This document shows, piece by piece, positions 16,321-25,276 of a stretch of 50,747 bases of DNA; the stretch's first letter is position 1; every line of letters begins with the position of its first letter. The stretch covers positions 1 through 50,747 of the forward strand of contig JACNJM010000159.1 of NCBI GenBank assembly GCA_014382605.1. The letters run 5' to 3'. The position numbers and the translations under genes were made by a program. A model generated the notes under the pieces. It ran no database searches, was not told the origin of the DNA, and saw only the letters and a list, made by a program, of their open reading frames with translations. Origin of the DNA: Anaerolineae bacterium (GTDB taxonomy: Bacteria > Chloroflexota > Anaerolineae > Anaerolineales > UBA11858).

Positions 16321-18472
16321 TTTCCAACCGCGCCAGCGAAGCAACCACACGCTTTAGGCCAACATCTTCAAAGAAAATATCGACGATTTCTTCGTGGTCT
16401 TCAATTTTGCTGTTGAGCACCATGCCATCGCCCCAAGCGGCATGGTTCACGTTCATGCCAGGATGATATTGTTGCTCAACGCTTTCGATTTCTTCAGATG
16501 CGTCCCATCGCTCCGGGCGGAATATTGCGCCATAGTTTGAGTTTTGCCGCGCAGGCGCGCCGCTGACTAACTCTAGGGGAATATCTTCCAGGTAGCGCGA
16601 AGGGTCGGCTGATTCCATATAACCATAATTAAAACGGTTGAGGGCATAGAGCAAATATAACTGGTCTTCGGCACGCGTGATGCCAACATACAGCAAGCGA
16701 CGTTCTTCATGCATCGCTTCAGGGTCTTCGAAGGAACGAATATGCGGAAGTGTGCCATCATTCAGGCCAATGATGAAGACCACCGGAAATTCCAGCCCTT
16801 TGGCGGCGTGCAAAGTCAATAAAGTAGGCACGTTGCCAGTATCATCAAGGGTATCCTGATCGGATACCAGGGCAATATTTTCAAGAAATGCTTCCAGGCT
16901 GCGATTCTCGTACTCCGAGGCCAGGCGGCGCAATTCCATCACGTTTTCCCAACGTTCTTTGCCTTCTTCGGTGCCATCTTCGAGATAGGTGCGATAGTCA
17001 ATATCGCCGAGGATGAGGTCCATCAAGCCCATCGGAGTTAAATCATCTTTTTGCGTGTGCCAACTCGAAAGGAGTCTGCCAAACCCGGCCAGGGAAGTTG
17101 CCACCCGGTTGGGGAGCGCCTCACCATGCTCGGAGTCAGGATACAGCCCCATCTGCAAGACAATTTCCCCCGGCGAGAGATTCTGCTGCCCAGCGTAGGT
17201 GCGTAATGTGAGGATGCTTTTATCCCCAATGCCGCGGCGCGGCGTATTGATGACGCGCATCAGGCTGATCTCATCACGCGGGTTATACACCAGCCGCAGG
17301 TAGGCGATCACATCCTTAACTTCGCGGCGTCCGTAGAAACGCTGCGCGCCAACCAGTTTATAGGGGAACCCCGCGGCAAGAAAGGCTTCTTCCAGGATGC
17401 GCGATTGGGCGTTGGTACGATACATGACGGCAAAATCGCCAGGCTCGTTTTTCTGGGCGGCGACATCTTTGGCAATTTGCCCAACAAGAAACGCAGCCAT
17501 CTCGCGATCGTCATAGAGTTCGCGCAGGGTGATCTTGCGCCCGTCGCCGCGCTCGGTAAATAATTTCTTGGGTGTACGTTTGGGATTCTGGTCAATCACC
17601 GCCATCGCCGTATCAAGGATCGTCTGCGTGGAGCGGTAATTTTGCTCCAGCAAAATGACCTGCGAGTCGGGGTAATCTTCTTCAAAGCGCAACACGTTGC
17701 GATAATCAGCGCCACGCCAGCGATATATGGATTGGTCGGCATCGCCAACGACAAAAATATTTTGATGAAAAGATGCCAGATGTTTGAGCAGGGTATATTG
17801 CACCATATTCGTATCTTGAAACTCATCCACCAAAATATGCTCATAACGACGGGCGTAACGCTCGCGCACCGCGGGCATCTGGCCGAGCAGGTAGGCCGTC
17901 CATAGAAGCATATCGTCAAAATCGAGGGCGTTGCTGGCAAGTAGCATCTTTTGGTAACGCTCATAAACGCGTTTAACAACTTCATCACGATACGTCTGCA
18001 CGGGAAAATCATCGGGGAACAGCAATTCATTTTTGGCGCGCGAAATCGAGCCGTGAATGCCGTGCGGGCGGTAAAGTTTGTCGTTCAGGTTCAGGTCTTT
18101 GACGACTTGTTTGACCACCCGAATCTGATCGTCGGCATCGAAAATGACATAATTCGGGTCAAAGGGCAGGTACTGTGCCTCACGCCGCAAAATTCGCCCA
18201 CAAATCGAGTGGAAGGTTCCCAGAGTTAGCCCGCGATTGCGCTCGCCCAGCAAATTGCCGATGCGTTCGTCCATTTCGCGGGCGGCTTTATTCGTAAAAG
18301 TCACCGCCAAAACATGGTAGGGACGCACACCCAGATACCCGATCAGATAAGCAATGCGCTGCGTGAGCACACGCGTTTTCCCCGAACCAGGGCCAGCCAG
18401 CACTAAAATTGCACCGGTTCCCGCTGTCACGGCCTGTTGTTGTTGTGGGTTTAGCTCACGAAGCATATCCAT
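16310..18472 (-). CDS. pcrA: ATP-dependent DNA helicase PcrA/UvrD
   Basis: 'AGPGSGKTRVLTQR', 'DEFQDTN' and 'TLHAAKGLEFPVVF'. ATG 18472 sits 7 nt after a TACAAT -10 box. Confidence 0.93.
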   Translation of the reverse strand: MDMLRELNPQQQQAVTAGTGAILVLAGPGSGKTRVLTQRIAYLIGYLGVRPYHVLAVTFTNKAAREMDERIGNLLGERNRGLTLGTFHSICGRILRREAQYLPFDPNYVIFDADDQIRVVKQVVKDLNLNDKLYRPHGIHGSISRAKNELLFPDDFPVQTYRDEVVKRVYERYQKMLLASNALDFDDMLLWTAYLLGQMPAVRERYARRYEHILVDEFQDTNMVQYTLLKHLASFHQNIFVVGDADQSIYRWRGADYRNVLRFEEDYPDSQVILLEQNYRSTQTILDTAMAVIDQNPKRTPKKLFTERGDGRKITLRELYDDREMAAFLVGQIAKDVAAQKNEPGDFAVMYRTNAQSRILEEAFLAAGFPYKLVGAQRFYGRREVKDVIAYLRLVYNPRDEISLMRVINTPRRGIGDKSILTLRTYAGQQNLSPGEIVLQMGLYPDSEHGEALPNRVATSLAGFGRLLSSWHTQKDDLTPMGLMDLILGDIDYRTYLEDGTEEGKERWENVMELRRLASEYENRSLEAFLENIALVSDQDTLDDTGNVPTLLTLHAAKGLEFPVVFIIGLNDGTLPHIRSFEDPEAMHEERRLLYVGITRAEDQLYLLYALNRFNYGYMESADPSRYLEDIPLELVSGAPARQNSNYGAIFRPERWDASEEIESVEQQYHPGMNVNHAAWGDGMVLNSKIEDHEEIVDIFFEDVGLKRVVASLARLEIKP

Positions 18473-18479
18473 GTGGGGG

Positions 18480-18508
18480 ATTGTATCGCCGTGTCTGATC
18501 GTTGTCAA
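18480..18508 (-). promoter_or_regulatory. Sigma70-type promoter for pcrA, leaderless geometry
   Basis: Minus strand reads TTGACA-17 nt-TACAAT-cccccac-ATG(18472). Confidence 0.55.
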
Positions 18509-18561
18509 AGCCACGTCCCTGCGCTACAATCTAATTTGAAATAAAAAACGATTGCTTAGGC

Positions 18562-18585
18562 TTACGCCTTCGCAATCAAGATTTC
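18562..18585. repeat. Family R half copy abutting the 18586 palindrome
   Basis: TTACGCCTTCGCAATCAAGATTTC; compare CGCCTTCGCGATGAAATTC at 44946-44964. Confidence 0.35.
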
Positions 18586-18638
18586 GCAAAAAAGGGTGTG
18601 CATGGGGTGCGTCGCACCCCATGCACACCCTTTTTTGC
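18586..18638. terminator. Perfect 26-bp-arm palindrome with A6/T6 flanks (bidirectional-terminator-like) between divergent pcrA and holB
   Basis: GCAAAAAAGGGTGTGCATGGGGTGCG-T-CGCACCCCATGCACACCCTTTTTTGC. Confidence 0.4.
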
Positions 18639-18667
18639 GATTTTCCCTTTCGAGAAAACTATCGAAA

Positions 18668-19663
18668 ATGAACAAAAACTGGAATATGCTCGGCCACGAA
18701 TGGGCGGTTGATCTGCTCAAAGGCCATCTGGCAAATGGGCGTATGCGCCATGCCTACTTGCTCACCGGACCTCAAGGAGTGGGAAGGCGCACCCTGGCTT
18801 TACGCGTGGCCCAGGGATTAAACTGTCCTCAACCCACATCCCCTGGCTTTCCCTGCGGAAGTTGCCATACCTGCCAGCGCATCGAACGGATGCAGCACCC
18901 CGATCTGGTGGTGGTGCAGGCCGAAGAGGGCAGTTCTACTCTCAAGGTTGACCAAATCCGCACCCTACAGAGCGGTCTGGCTCTGGCTCCCTACGAAGCG
19001 CCCTATAAGATTGCGCTATTGTTACGCTTTGAAGAAGCCAACCCCAACGCTGCCAACGCCCTACTAAAAACGCTGGAAGAACCGCCGCGCCAGGTGATCC
19101 TTTTCGTCACCGCACAAGATACCGAGGCGCTGCTGCCTACCATCGTCTCACGCTGCGAGACCATTCGTCTGCGCCCTCTGGCGTTGGGTGCGGTCAGTGA
19201 GGGGTTACATCAAAAATGGGCGCTGCCCATCGAACAGGCGCGCCTGCTGGCACATATTTCCAATGGGCGGCCAGGCCATGCCCTGAACCTGCACAATAAC
19301 CCCGATATCCTGGCGAGTCGCCAACAATGGCTGGACGATCACCAACGCTTACTCTCTGCCTCACGCGTGGAGCGCTTCCGCTATGCAGAGCAACTGGCCG
19401 GAGATAAAACTGTACTCAAAGAAACTCTCACCATCTGGATGTCGCTGTGGCGCGATATTCTCCTGCACGTTAGCCGGGCCAGTGCGCCGCACACCAATAT
19501 CGACCGGGAAAGCGAAATTGCTCATATTGCTGCAAATATTCAACCAGAAACGGCACAATTTATGCTGCAACTCTTTAACCAGACTTTTTTGAGATTGGAA
19601 CAAAATACCAACACCCGTCTGACGATCGAAGTATTTATGCTCGATTTGCCAAAAATTGCATAA
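18668..19663 (+). CDS. holB: DNA polymerase III subunit delta'
   Basis: 'HAYLLTGPQGVGRRT' and the zinc module 'CGSCHTCQRI'. The track start (18596) lies inside a perfect palindrome, so ATG 18668 is preferred. Confidence 0.8.
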   Translation: MNKNWNMLGHEWAVDLLKGHLANGRMRHAYLLTGPQGVGRRTLALRVAQGLNCPQPTSPGFPCGSCHTCQRIERMQHPDLVVVQAEEGSSTLKVDQIRTLQSGLALAPYEAPYKIALLLRFEEANPNAANALLKTLEEPPRQVILFVTAQDTEALLPTIVSRCETIRLRPLALGAVSEGLHQKWALPIEQARLLAHISNGRPGHALNLHNNPDILASRQQWLDDHQRLLSASRVERFRYAEQLAGDKTVLKETLTIWMSLWRDILLHVSRASAPHTNIDRESEIAHIAANIQPETAQFMLQLFNQTFLRLEQNTNTRLTIEVFMLDLPKIA

Positions 19664-19884
19664 AATCGCATCGGAACTGATTTTTAGCGGTTATAATGTG
19701 AAAATTGGTTTTTGAAAAACTCTTCCCCCATCAACACAACGCCATTTTTGTAGCGTTCATCACTTTTCCAAAACTGCATTCTAAACAGCCATCTTCGTGA
19801 TGGCCGATATTGCGGGTTGAGTCATAATCTTGTGCGGTAAGTATTTATCCCAAAGCCGCCCATCCCATTTTCCCGGAGGAACGT

Positions 19885-20406
19885 ATGAAAAAAAATTATT
19901 GGGTTACCTTGATTGTCGTTAGTCTGGCATTGGTCTTGACCGCCTGTGGTTCACCTGGCGCAGAAGCACCTGTTGCTGAACAACCCGCAGCCGAAGAAGC
20001 TGCGCCCGCCGAAGCGCCCGCAGCAGAAGCCGCTCCCGCAGCCCAACTTGATGCTGAAACACCTGGCGGCATTTTCCAGGCCGCTATGGCTGGTGTAACA
20101 ACGGATGTAAAAACCTTCCTCGATGGGATTCCGGTGCCTGAGGATGGCACGGTTTCGATGGAAGATGCCAACCGCATGGATTTTGTCACATCCTTGAGTA
20201 TTGAAGAATGCGCTCAGTTTTATCGAGATACCTTCCCCACACTGGGATTGATCGAAATCGAAGAACTTGGCAAACAGACCGATTTCGGCGCGACATTGAT
20301 CTATGGTGGTTATCCCAATGGCAAGGCAATCCGTGTGAAAATTGGGCGGCTTTCAGATATTTCGCGCAATGTCCAGGTCTATATTCTCGATCCCGAAGAC
20401 CTCTAA
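19885..20406 (+). CDS. Lipoprotein of unknown function (Ala/Pro/Glu-rich linker)
   Basis: Signal peptide plus lipobox 'LVLTAC', with SD GGAGG upstream. Confidence 0.6.
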   Translation: MKKNYWVTLIVVSLALVLTACGSPGAEAPVAEQPAAEEAAPAEAPAAEAAPAAQLDAETPGGIFQAAMAGVTTDVKTFLDGIPVPEDGTVSMEDANRMDFVTSLSIEECAQFYRDTFPTLGLIEIEELGKQTDFGATLIYGGYPNGKAIRVKIGRLSDISRNVQVYILDPEDL

Positions 20407-20435
20407 AATTAAAAGCCTCCACACACTACGCAACG

Positions 20436-20489
20436 AAAAACTCAAAGGTGTGCCGCGATAAAATGCTCGCGGCACACCTTTGAGTTTTT
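20436..20489 (+). terminator. Intrinsic terminator after the lipoprotein gene
   Basis: AAAAACTCAAAGGTGTGCCGCGA-8 nt-TCGCGGCACACCTTTGAGTTTTT. Confidence 0.75.
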
Positions 20490-20552
20490 AGGACTTCCGT
20501 AAAACGATGATGAATAGGGGGGTGTGGTGCGGCAGCGAAAGTACTCATTAAA

Positions 20553-20582
20553 TTGCGGCGAGATACTGCGCTATGCTATACT
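20553..20582 (+). promoter_or_regulatory. Candidate promoter for the histidine-kinase operon
   Basis: TTGCGG-18 nt-TATACT. This places the TSS downstream of the track ATG (20573) and so supports ATG 20606. Confidence 0.35.
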
Positions 20583-20605
20583 TGGCCCAGAAAGTAATTT
20601 GCCCC

Positions 20606-22696
20606 ATGACAATATCCCAGAAAAACGATTTCTCATCCACGCAAGAGTCGCTGGAACTGCTATACCACATCAGCCGCGAGATCGCATCAACGCTTGATCT
20701 TTCGACAGTATTGCAGCGCGTATTGGGGCTATCCATGCGCACAATCGGGGCAGTCAGCAGCAGCATCATCGTCATTGATGAAGATGAACAACCACTCGAC
20801 GCGGCTATCATCTACGCGGATGAATTACTAGAACACACGCCAACCAGTATCAAAGCCTTGCTCACACAGGGATTAGCCGGTTGGGTCGTAAAAAATCGAA
20901 AGCCGGCCCTGATTTTAAATACCAAGAAAGATGAACGCTGGATCAAAAGCAGCCACCCCGCCCAGAAAAATAGCAAAGCTAAATCGGTTGTCAGCGTACC
21001 TATCATTGCCCGCGATCAACTCGTTGGCGTGATCACACTCTCACATCCTGTGCCGTTTTTCTTCACCAACGATCACCTCAACCTGGTACAAGCCATCGCC
21101 GATCAGACAGCAATCGCTATTCTGAACGCCCGCCTGTACGCATCCAGCCAGCAACAAGTATTGGTCATGGGCGCGCTTGCCAATAGTGCGGCAAGCATCA
21201 CCGCCTCGCTCAACCTCGACAGTGTACTGCACGATATTCTCAATCAAATCCATCAGGCGCTCAATGTCGAAGTAGTCTCACTGGCATTGGTAGCCCCGGA
21301 AGATAATGCGCTGGTATTTCGGGCCACCACTCAACCGAATACCAAAATTGTTGGCAAAAAAGTAAAATTTGGGGAAGAAATTACCGGCTGGGTGGCTCAA
21401 AGCCAACAGGGAATCATTGTCTCCGATGTTGCAGCAGACCCTCGCTTTGCGCACTTAGTCGATGAAAATGCCGAATCCACACTCCGGGCAGTGATCTGTG
21501 CCCCGATCATCTCCGAAGTTGAGTTGATCGGCGTACTCCAGGCCGCCAACCCTCTCGAGGGAAGCTTCGCCCCAGAAGCCCTGACCTTTATCAGTGGTAT
21601 CGGCAGCCTCGCCGGGACAGCCATCCGCCACGCGCAACTCTTTGAAGAACTTCAATCCGCACATCTCCGCTATCGTGACCTCTATAATAGTAGCATTGAT
21701 GCAATTATCATCACCAATCGCGATGGCATCATCACCGAGGTCAACGACCAGGCAATTCTCTATTCGTGTTACACAAAAGAAGAATTAATCAATAACGATG
21801 TTCAATGCTGTCATACAATCGATATCGAAGTCGTAGGCGAAAAACTCGAAAAAATAACCCAAGAAGAAACATTTTCGTATGAATCCGAACTTCAAGCCAG
21901 CGACGAACGCTTGATCCCCATTCAAGTGCATGTCCACATTGTCCACATCGCTGGGGAAGAGCACCTGCAATGGACATTTCGTGATATTACCGAACGCAAA
22001 GAACTCGACCAATTGCGCGATGACCTCATCTCGATGGTCTACCACGATTTGCGCTCCCCCTTGGCTAATGTCGTTTCGAGCCTGGATGTATTAGACAGCA
22101 TCCAGTCTTTCGATGAAGACCCTACCATTCATTCACTATTCAACATCGCTGTACGCTCCACAAAACGGATTGAACGCCTCACCAACTCCCTGTTGGATTT
22201 CAATCGTCTCGAATCTGGGCAAGCGGTAACCAACACAAACCCGACACATCCTAGCAGCATCATCCAGGCTGCGGTTGAGGCGGTTGAGCCAATTGCGCAT
22301 AATAAAGAGCAGCAAATCTTCGTCCGCATTCAAGAAAACACCCCCGTGGCAGAAGTTGACGAGAATATGATCCAGCGGGTGTTGATCAACCTGATGGAAA
22401 ATGCTGTAAAATATACTCCCCCAGAAAGCCATATCACCGTTGGCGCTGCCAAAGCCGGACACGAACTATGTTTCTGGGTTGAAGATACCGGCCCGGGCAT
22501 TCCAAGTGAAAAAAGAGCCACCATATTTGATAAATATACCCGTCTGCATGGCAAAGGCGGCCCAAAAGGCATTGGTTTGGGGTTGGCCTATTGTAAACTG
22601 GCTGTTGAAGGCCATGGTGGGCGTATCTGGGTAGATGTAACCAATCAAGGTGGGGCGCGTTTTGCATTCACACTCCCCATCGCCAATGAAACATAA
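20606..22696 (+). CDS. Sensor histidine kinase (GAF-GAF-PAS-HisKA-HATPase), no adjacent response regulator
   Basis: H-box 'HDLRSPL', N-box 'LINLMENAVKYTP' and G-box 'GIGLGLAYCK'. Confidence 0.9.
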   Translation: MTISQKNDFSSTQESLELLYHISREIASTLDLSTVLQRVLGLSMRTIGAVSSSIIVIDEDEQPLDAAIIYADELLEHTPTSIKALLTQGLAGWVVKNRKPALILNTKKDERWIKSSHPAQKNSKAKSVVSVPIIARDQLVGVITLSHPVPFFFTNDHLNLVQAIADQTAIAILNARLYASSQQQVLVMGALANSAASITASLNLDSVLHDILNQIHQALNVEVVSLALVAPEDNALVFRATTQPNTKIVGKKVKFGEEITGWVAQSQQGIIVSDVAADPRFAHLVDENAESTLRAVICAPIISEVELIGVLQAANPLEGSFAPEALTFISGIGSLAGTAIRHAQLFEELQSAHLRYRDLYNSSIDAIIITNRDGIITEVNDQAILYSCYTKEELINNDVQCCHTIDIEVVGEKLEKITQEETFSYESELQASDERLIPIQVHVHIVHIAGEEHLQWTFRDITERKELDQLRDDLISMVYHDLRSPLANVVSSLDVLDSIQSFDEDPTIHSLFNIAVRSTKRIERLTNSLLDFNRLESGQAVTNTNPTHPSSIIQAAVEAVEPIAHNKEQQIFVRIQENTPVAEVDENMIQRVLINLMENAVKYTPPESHITVGAAKAGHELCFWVEDTGPGIPSEKRATIFDKYTRLHGKGGPKGIGLGLAYCKLAVEGHGGRIWVDVTNQGGARFAFTLPIANET

Positions 22697-22705
22697 GGAA
22701 CTGCT

Positions 22706-23569
22706 ATGAAAGCTCTCGCAGAGAATATCTACTACGAAGACTCTTATTCTGGCGTGGTACTTGGAGCTATTTTATTCCCCGGCGGCACACTACTGATCGA
22801 TACACCGTTACGCGCAGATGATGCCCGCACTTGGAAAGCTGCCCTGCTCACCCAAAGCCGCGGCGCACATCGTATGATTGTCATATTAGATATTCATGCT
22901 GATCGCACTTTGGGCAACCGGGCGATTGAATACCCGATCATCGCCCACGCAGACACTGCAAAAGCTTTCGGTCAAAGGACAACCATTTTTAAAGGACAAA
23001 ATATAAAAACCGGCGCAGAATGGGAGCATCACCCCGAAGTTAGCGGCACACGTTGGGAGCGTCCTAATATCACCTTCAGCACAGCACTCTCTTTACACTG
23101 GGGTGGACCTGAAATCCACATCGAATCGCATCCCGGGCCTACATCTGGGGCAAGCTGGGTACATATTCCCGAACATAAAATTGTATTTATTGGCGATGCT
23201 GTTTGCAACGATCAGCCGCCCTTTATCGCCAACGCCAATCTGGATGCCTGGCACGAAACACTCAATTTGCTGGCTTCCCGCACCTTTGCAGACTATACCA
23301 TTATCAGCGGGCGCAGCGGCTTTGTAAGTGTGGAAGATGTCCGAGAACATCGCAAATTTCTAAAATCCATTAGCGGACGTTTGGATACTGCCAACAAACG
23401 CAAATATCCCGCCGAAGAAATCGAAAAAATGGTGCCAGCGCTGCTGGAAAAAATCAACTATCCTGCCCAACTGGATGAGTTTTACAGCCAGCGGCTTCTC
23501 CACGGCCTGCAGGAATATTTTGCCCGCAATTATCTACACGATAGCACCCTCTTCGAAGCCGAAGATTAA
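22706..23569 (+). CDS. MBL-fold protein with degenerate metal motif
   Basis: Beta-lactamase-fold-like layout ('LLIDTPL', 'HPGPTSGASWVHIP...VFIGD'), but 'DIHADR' stands in place of HxHxDH. Confidence 0.55.
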   Translation: MKALAENIYYEDSYSGVVLGAILFPGGTLLIDTPLRADDARTWKAALLTQSRGAHRMIVILDIHADRTLGNRAIEYPIIAHADTAKAFGQRTTIFKGQNIKTGAEWEHHPEVSGTRWERPNITFSTALSLHWGGPEIHIESHPGPTSGASWVHIPEHKIVFIGDAVCNDQPPFIANANLDAWHETLNLLASRTFADYTIISGRSGFVSVEDVREHRKFLKSISGRLDTANKRKYPAEEIEKMVPALLEKINYPAQLDEFYSQRLLHGLQEYFARNYLHDSTLFEAED

Positions 23570-23576
23570 TCCGACC

Positions 23577-24623
23577 ATGGAAGTCTCACAAAACTACCAA
23601 CCCCTCCTGGAACTCATTCGCGGGCCAATCGCCGAGTCATTCCACTTCGGCGCGTTTGCAGTTGTAGATAGCCACGGCAATTTGCTTGCCGCACAAGGCG
23701 ACCCCAACACAACCACGTTTCTGCGTTCTTCGGCCAAGCCGTTTCAAGCGCTGCCCCTCATCGAGAACCAGGCCCATATTCACTGGAAACTCACCGAGCA
23801 AGAAATCGCCATCACGTGCGCCTCTCACGCCGGAACCGACGCGCACGCCGCCACCGTGCAGGGCATCCAGGCCAAAATCAGCGCCAGCGAAGCCAATCTC
23901 CTGTGTGGCACACATCCCCCTATGGACGGGGAAACTCGCCGCACGCTCATCCGCAAAAATGAAACCCCCACCTCAAACCGCCATAATTGCTCTGGCAAAC
24001 ACACCGGCATGTTGGCTCAGGCACGTTTTTGGGATTTGCCGTTGGATGACTATCTTAACCGCGATCATCCCATCCAAAAGCGAATTTTACAGACCTTCTG
24101 TGAGATGTGCGACGTGACTCCCTCGCAGGTGATCCTGGGAACCGATGGTTGTTCTGCCCCAAATTTTGCCATCCCCCTGAAGAACGCCGCCCTGGGGTTC
24201 GCGCGGCTCTGCGATCCGCATGATCTCCCACCGGCGCGTGCACGGGCCTGCCAAATTATCACCCAGGCCATGACCCACTACCCAGAAATGATCTCCGGCC
24301 CAGGGCGTTTTGACACGCGTCTGATGGAAGTCACCGGCGGTAAATTGATCGTTAAGGGAGGCGCGGAGGGCTATCAATGTATTGGCATCCTGCCCGGCGC
24401 TATCCAGCCCGGCTCGCCGGGGATAGGGATTGCCCTAAAAATCAGCGATGGCGACCTGAAGGGGCGCGCCCGTCCGGCAGTATCGCTGGAAATCCTGCGC
24501 CAGCTTGGAGCAATCTCTGCCGACGAATTGGCACCATTGGCGGAATTTGGCCCCAGCTTTGATCTATATAACTGGCGCAAAATTCATGTCGGCTCCGCAC
24601 GCCCGGTTTTCTCAATATTATGA
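23577..24623 (+). CDS. Asparaginase II family (PF06089-like) protein
   Basis: 'FLRSSAKPFQALPL' and 'NCSGKHTGML'. Confidence 0.8.
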   Translation: MEVSQNYQPLLELIRGPIAESFHFGAFAVVDSHGNLLAAQGDPNTTTFLRSSAKPFQALPLIENQAHIHWKLTEQEIAITCASHAGTDAHAATVQGIQAKISASEANLLCGTHPPMDGETRRTLIRKNETPTSNRHNCSGKHTGMLAQARFWDLPLDDYLNRDHPIQKRILQTFCEMCDVTPSQVILGTDGCSAPNFAIPLKNAALGFARLCDPHDLPPARARACQIITQAMTHYPEMISGPGRFDTRLMEVTGGKLIVKGGAEGYQCIGILPGAIQPGSPGIGIALKISDGDLKGRARPAVSLEILRQLGAISADELAPLAEFGPSFDLYNWRKIHVGSARPVFSIL

Positions 24624-25276
24624 ACAAAGCCCTTCAAATTCACGAACGATTGCTCAAAAAATACGGGCAACCCGTCTGGCGCAACCCGCTGCCAGCGCTA
24701 GATGAACTCATCTCGACGATACTCTCGCAAAGTACCAATGATAACAACCGCGACAAAGCCTTCGATGCGCTGCGCGCGCGCTTTCCCACCTGGGAGGTTG
24801 TACGCGATGCCAAAGAAAGCGAAGTGATCGAAGCCATCCGCCCGGCTGGATTAGCCAATCAAAAGGGACCGCGCATCCAAAATGTGCTCCGCGAAATCAC
24901 CCAAATGCGCGGCGAATTAAGTTTGGATTTTCTTAAAGACTATTCCCCAGAAAAAGCGCTGGATTGGCTGGTACAGTTCAAGGGCGTTGGCCCAAAAACA
25001 GCCTCGATAGTATTACTGTTTTCACTCGGCAAGCCAGCCTTCCCGGTGGATACGCATGTTTACCGGCTTTCGGGCCGCCTGGGGTTGCGCCCAAAAAAAA
25101 TGAACGCCGATAAGGCCCACGATCATCTGGCGGCACAATTCCCCCCGGAAACGTATTACACGGTGCATCTTAATATCATCCGTTTGGGACGCGAAATCTG
25201 CAAAGCGCGTAAACCCTTGTGCGCAGAATGCCCTTTGCAAGATTTATGTCTGTATTGCGCAGAAAATATGTTATGA
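24620..25276 (+). CDS. nth: Endonuclease III-like HhH-GPD DNA glycosylase with [4Fe-4S] motif
   Basis: HhH 'GVGPKTASIVLLF', 'VDTHVYRL', and C-X6-C-X2-C-X5-C ('CKARKPLCAECPLQDLC'). ATGA overlap with the upstream gene. Confidence 0.85.
   Translation: MNKALQIHERLLKKYGQPVWRNPLPALDELISTILSQSTNDNNRDKAFDALRARFPTWEVVRDAKESEVIEAIRPAGLANQKGPRIQNVLREITQMRGELSLDFLKDYSPEKALDWLVQFKGVGPKTASIVLLFSLGKPAFPVDTHVYRLSGRLGLRPKKMNADKAHDHLAAQFPPETYYTVHLNIIRLGREICKARKPLCAECPLQDLCLYCAENML

Noticed and set aside
18596-18667. ORF-track N-terminal extensions. These affect holB from 18596, the epimerase from 13448, the dehydrogenase from 14941, tsaE from 16350, tsaB from 15793, pcrA from 18514, and the GT-C gene from 7169.
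   Set aside because: The extensions run through palindromes or repeats, through promoters, or into the upstream gene. Downstream ATGs have SDs or leaderless promoter geometry and match known family N-termini.
19664-19884. The 221-nt gap upstream of the lipoprotein gene, considered as a possible sRNA or riboswitch. It contains a TATAAT box at 19692-19697 and small hairpins such as GCCATC-ttcgt-GATGGC.
   Set aside because: There is no acceptable -35, no terminator and no recognisable conserved RNA motif. The evidence is insufficient to call a feature.
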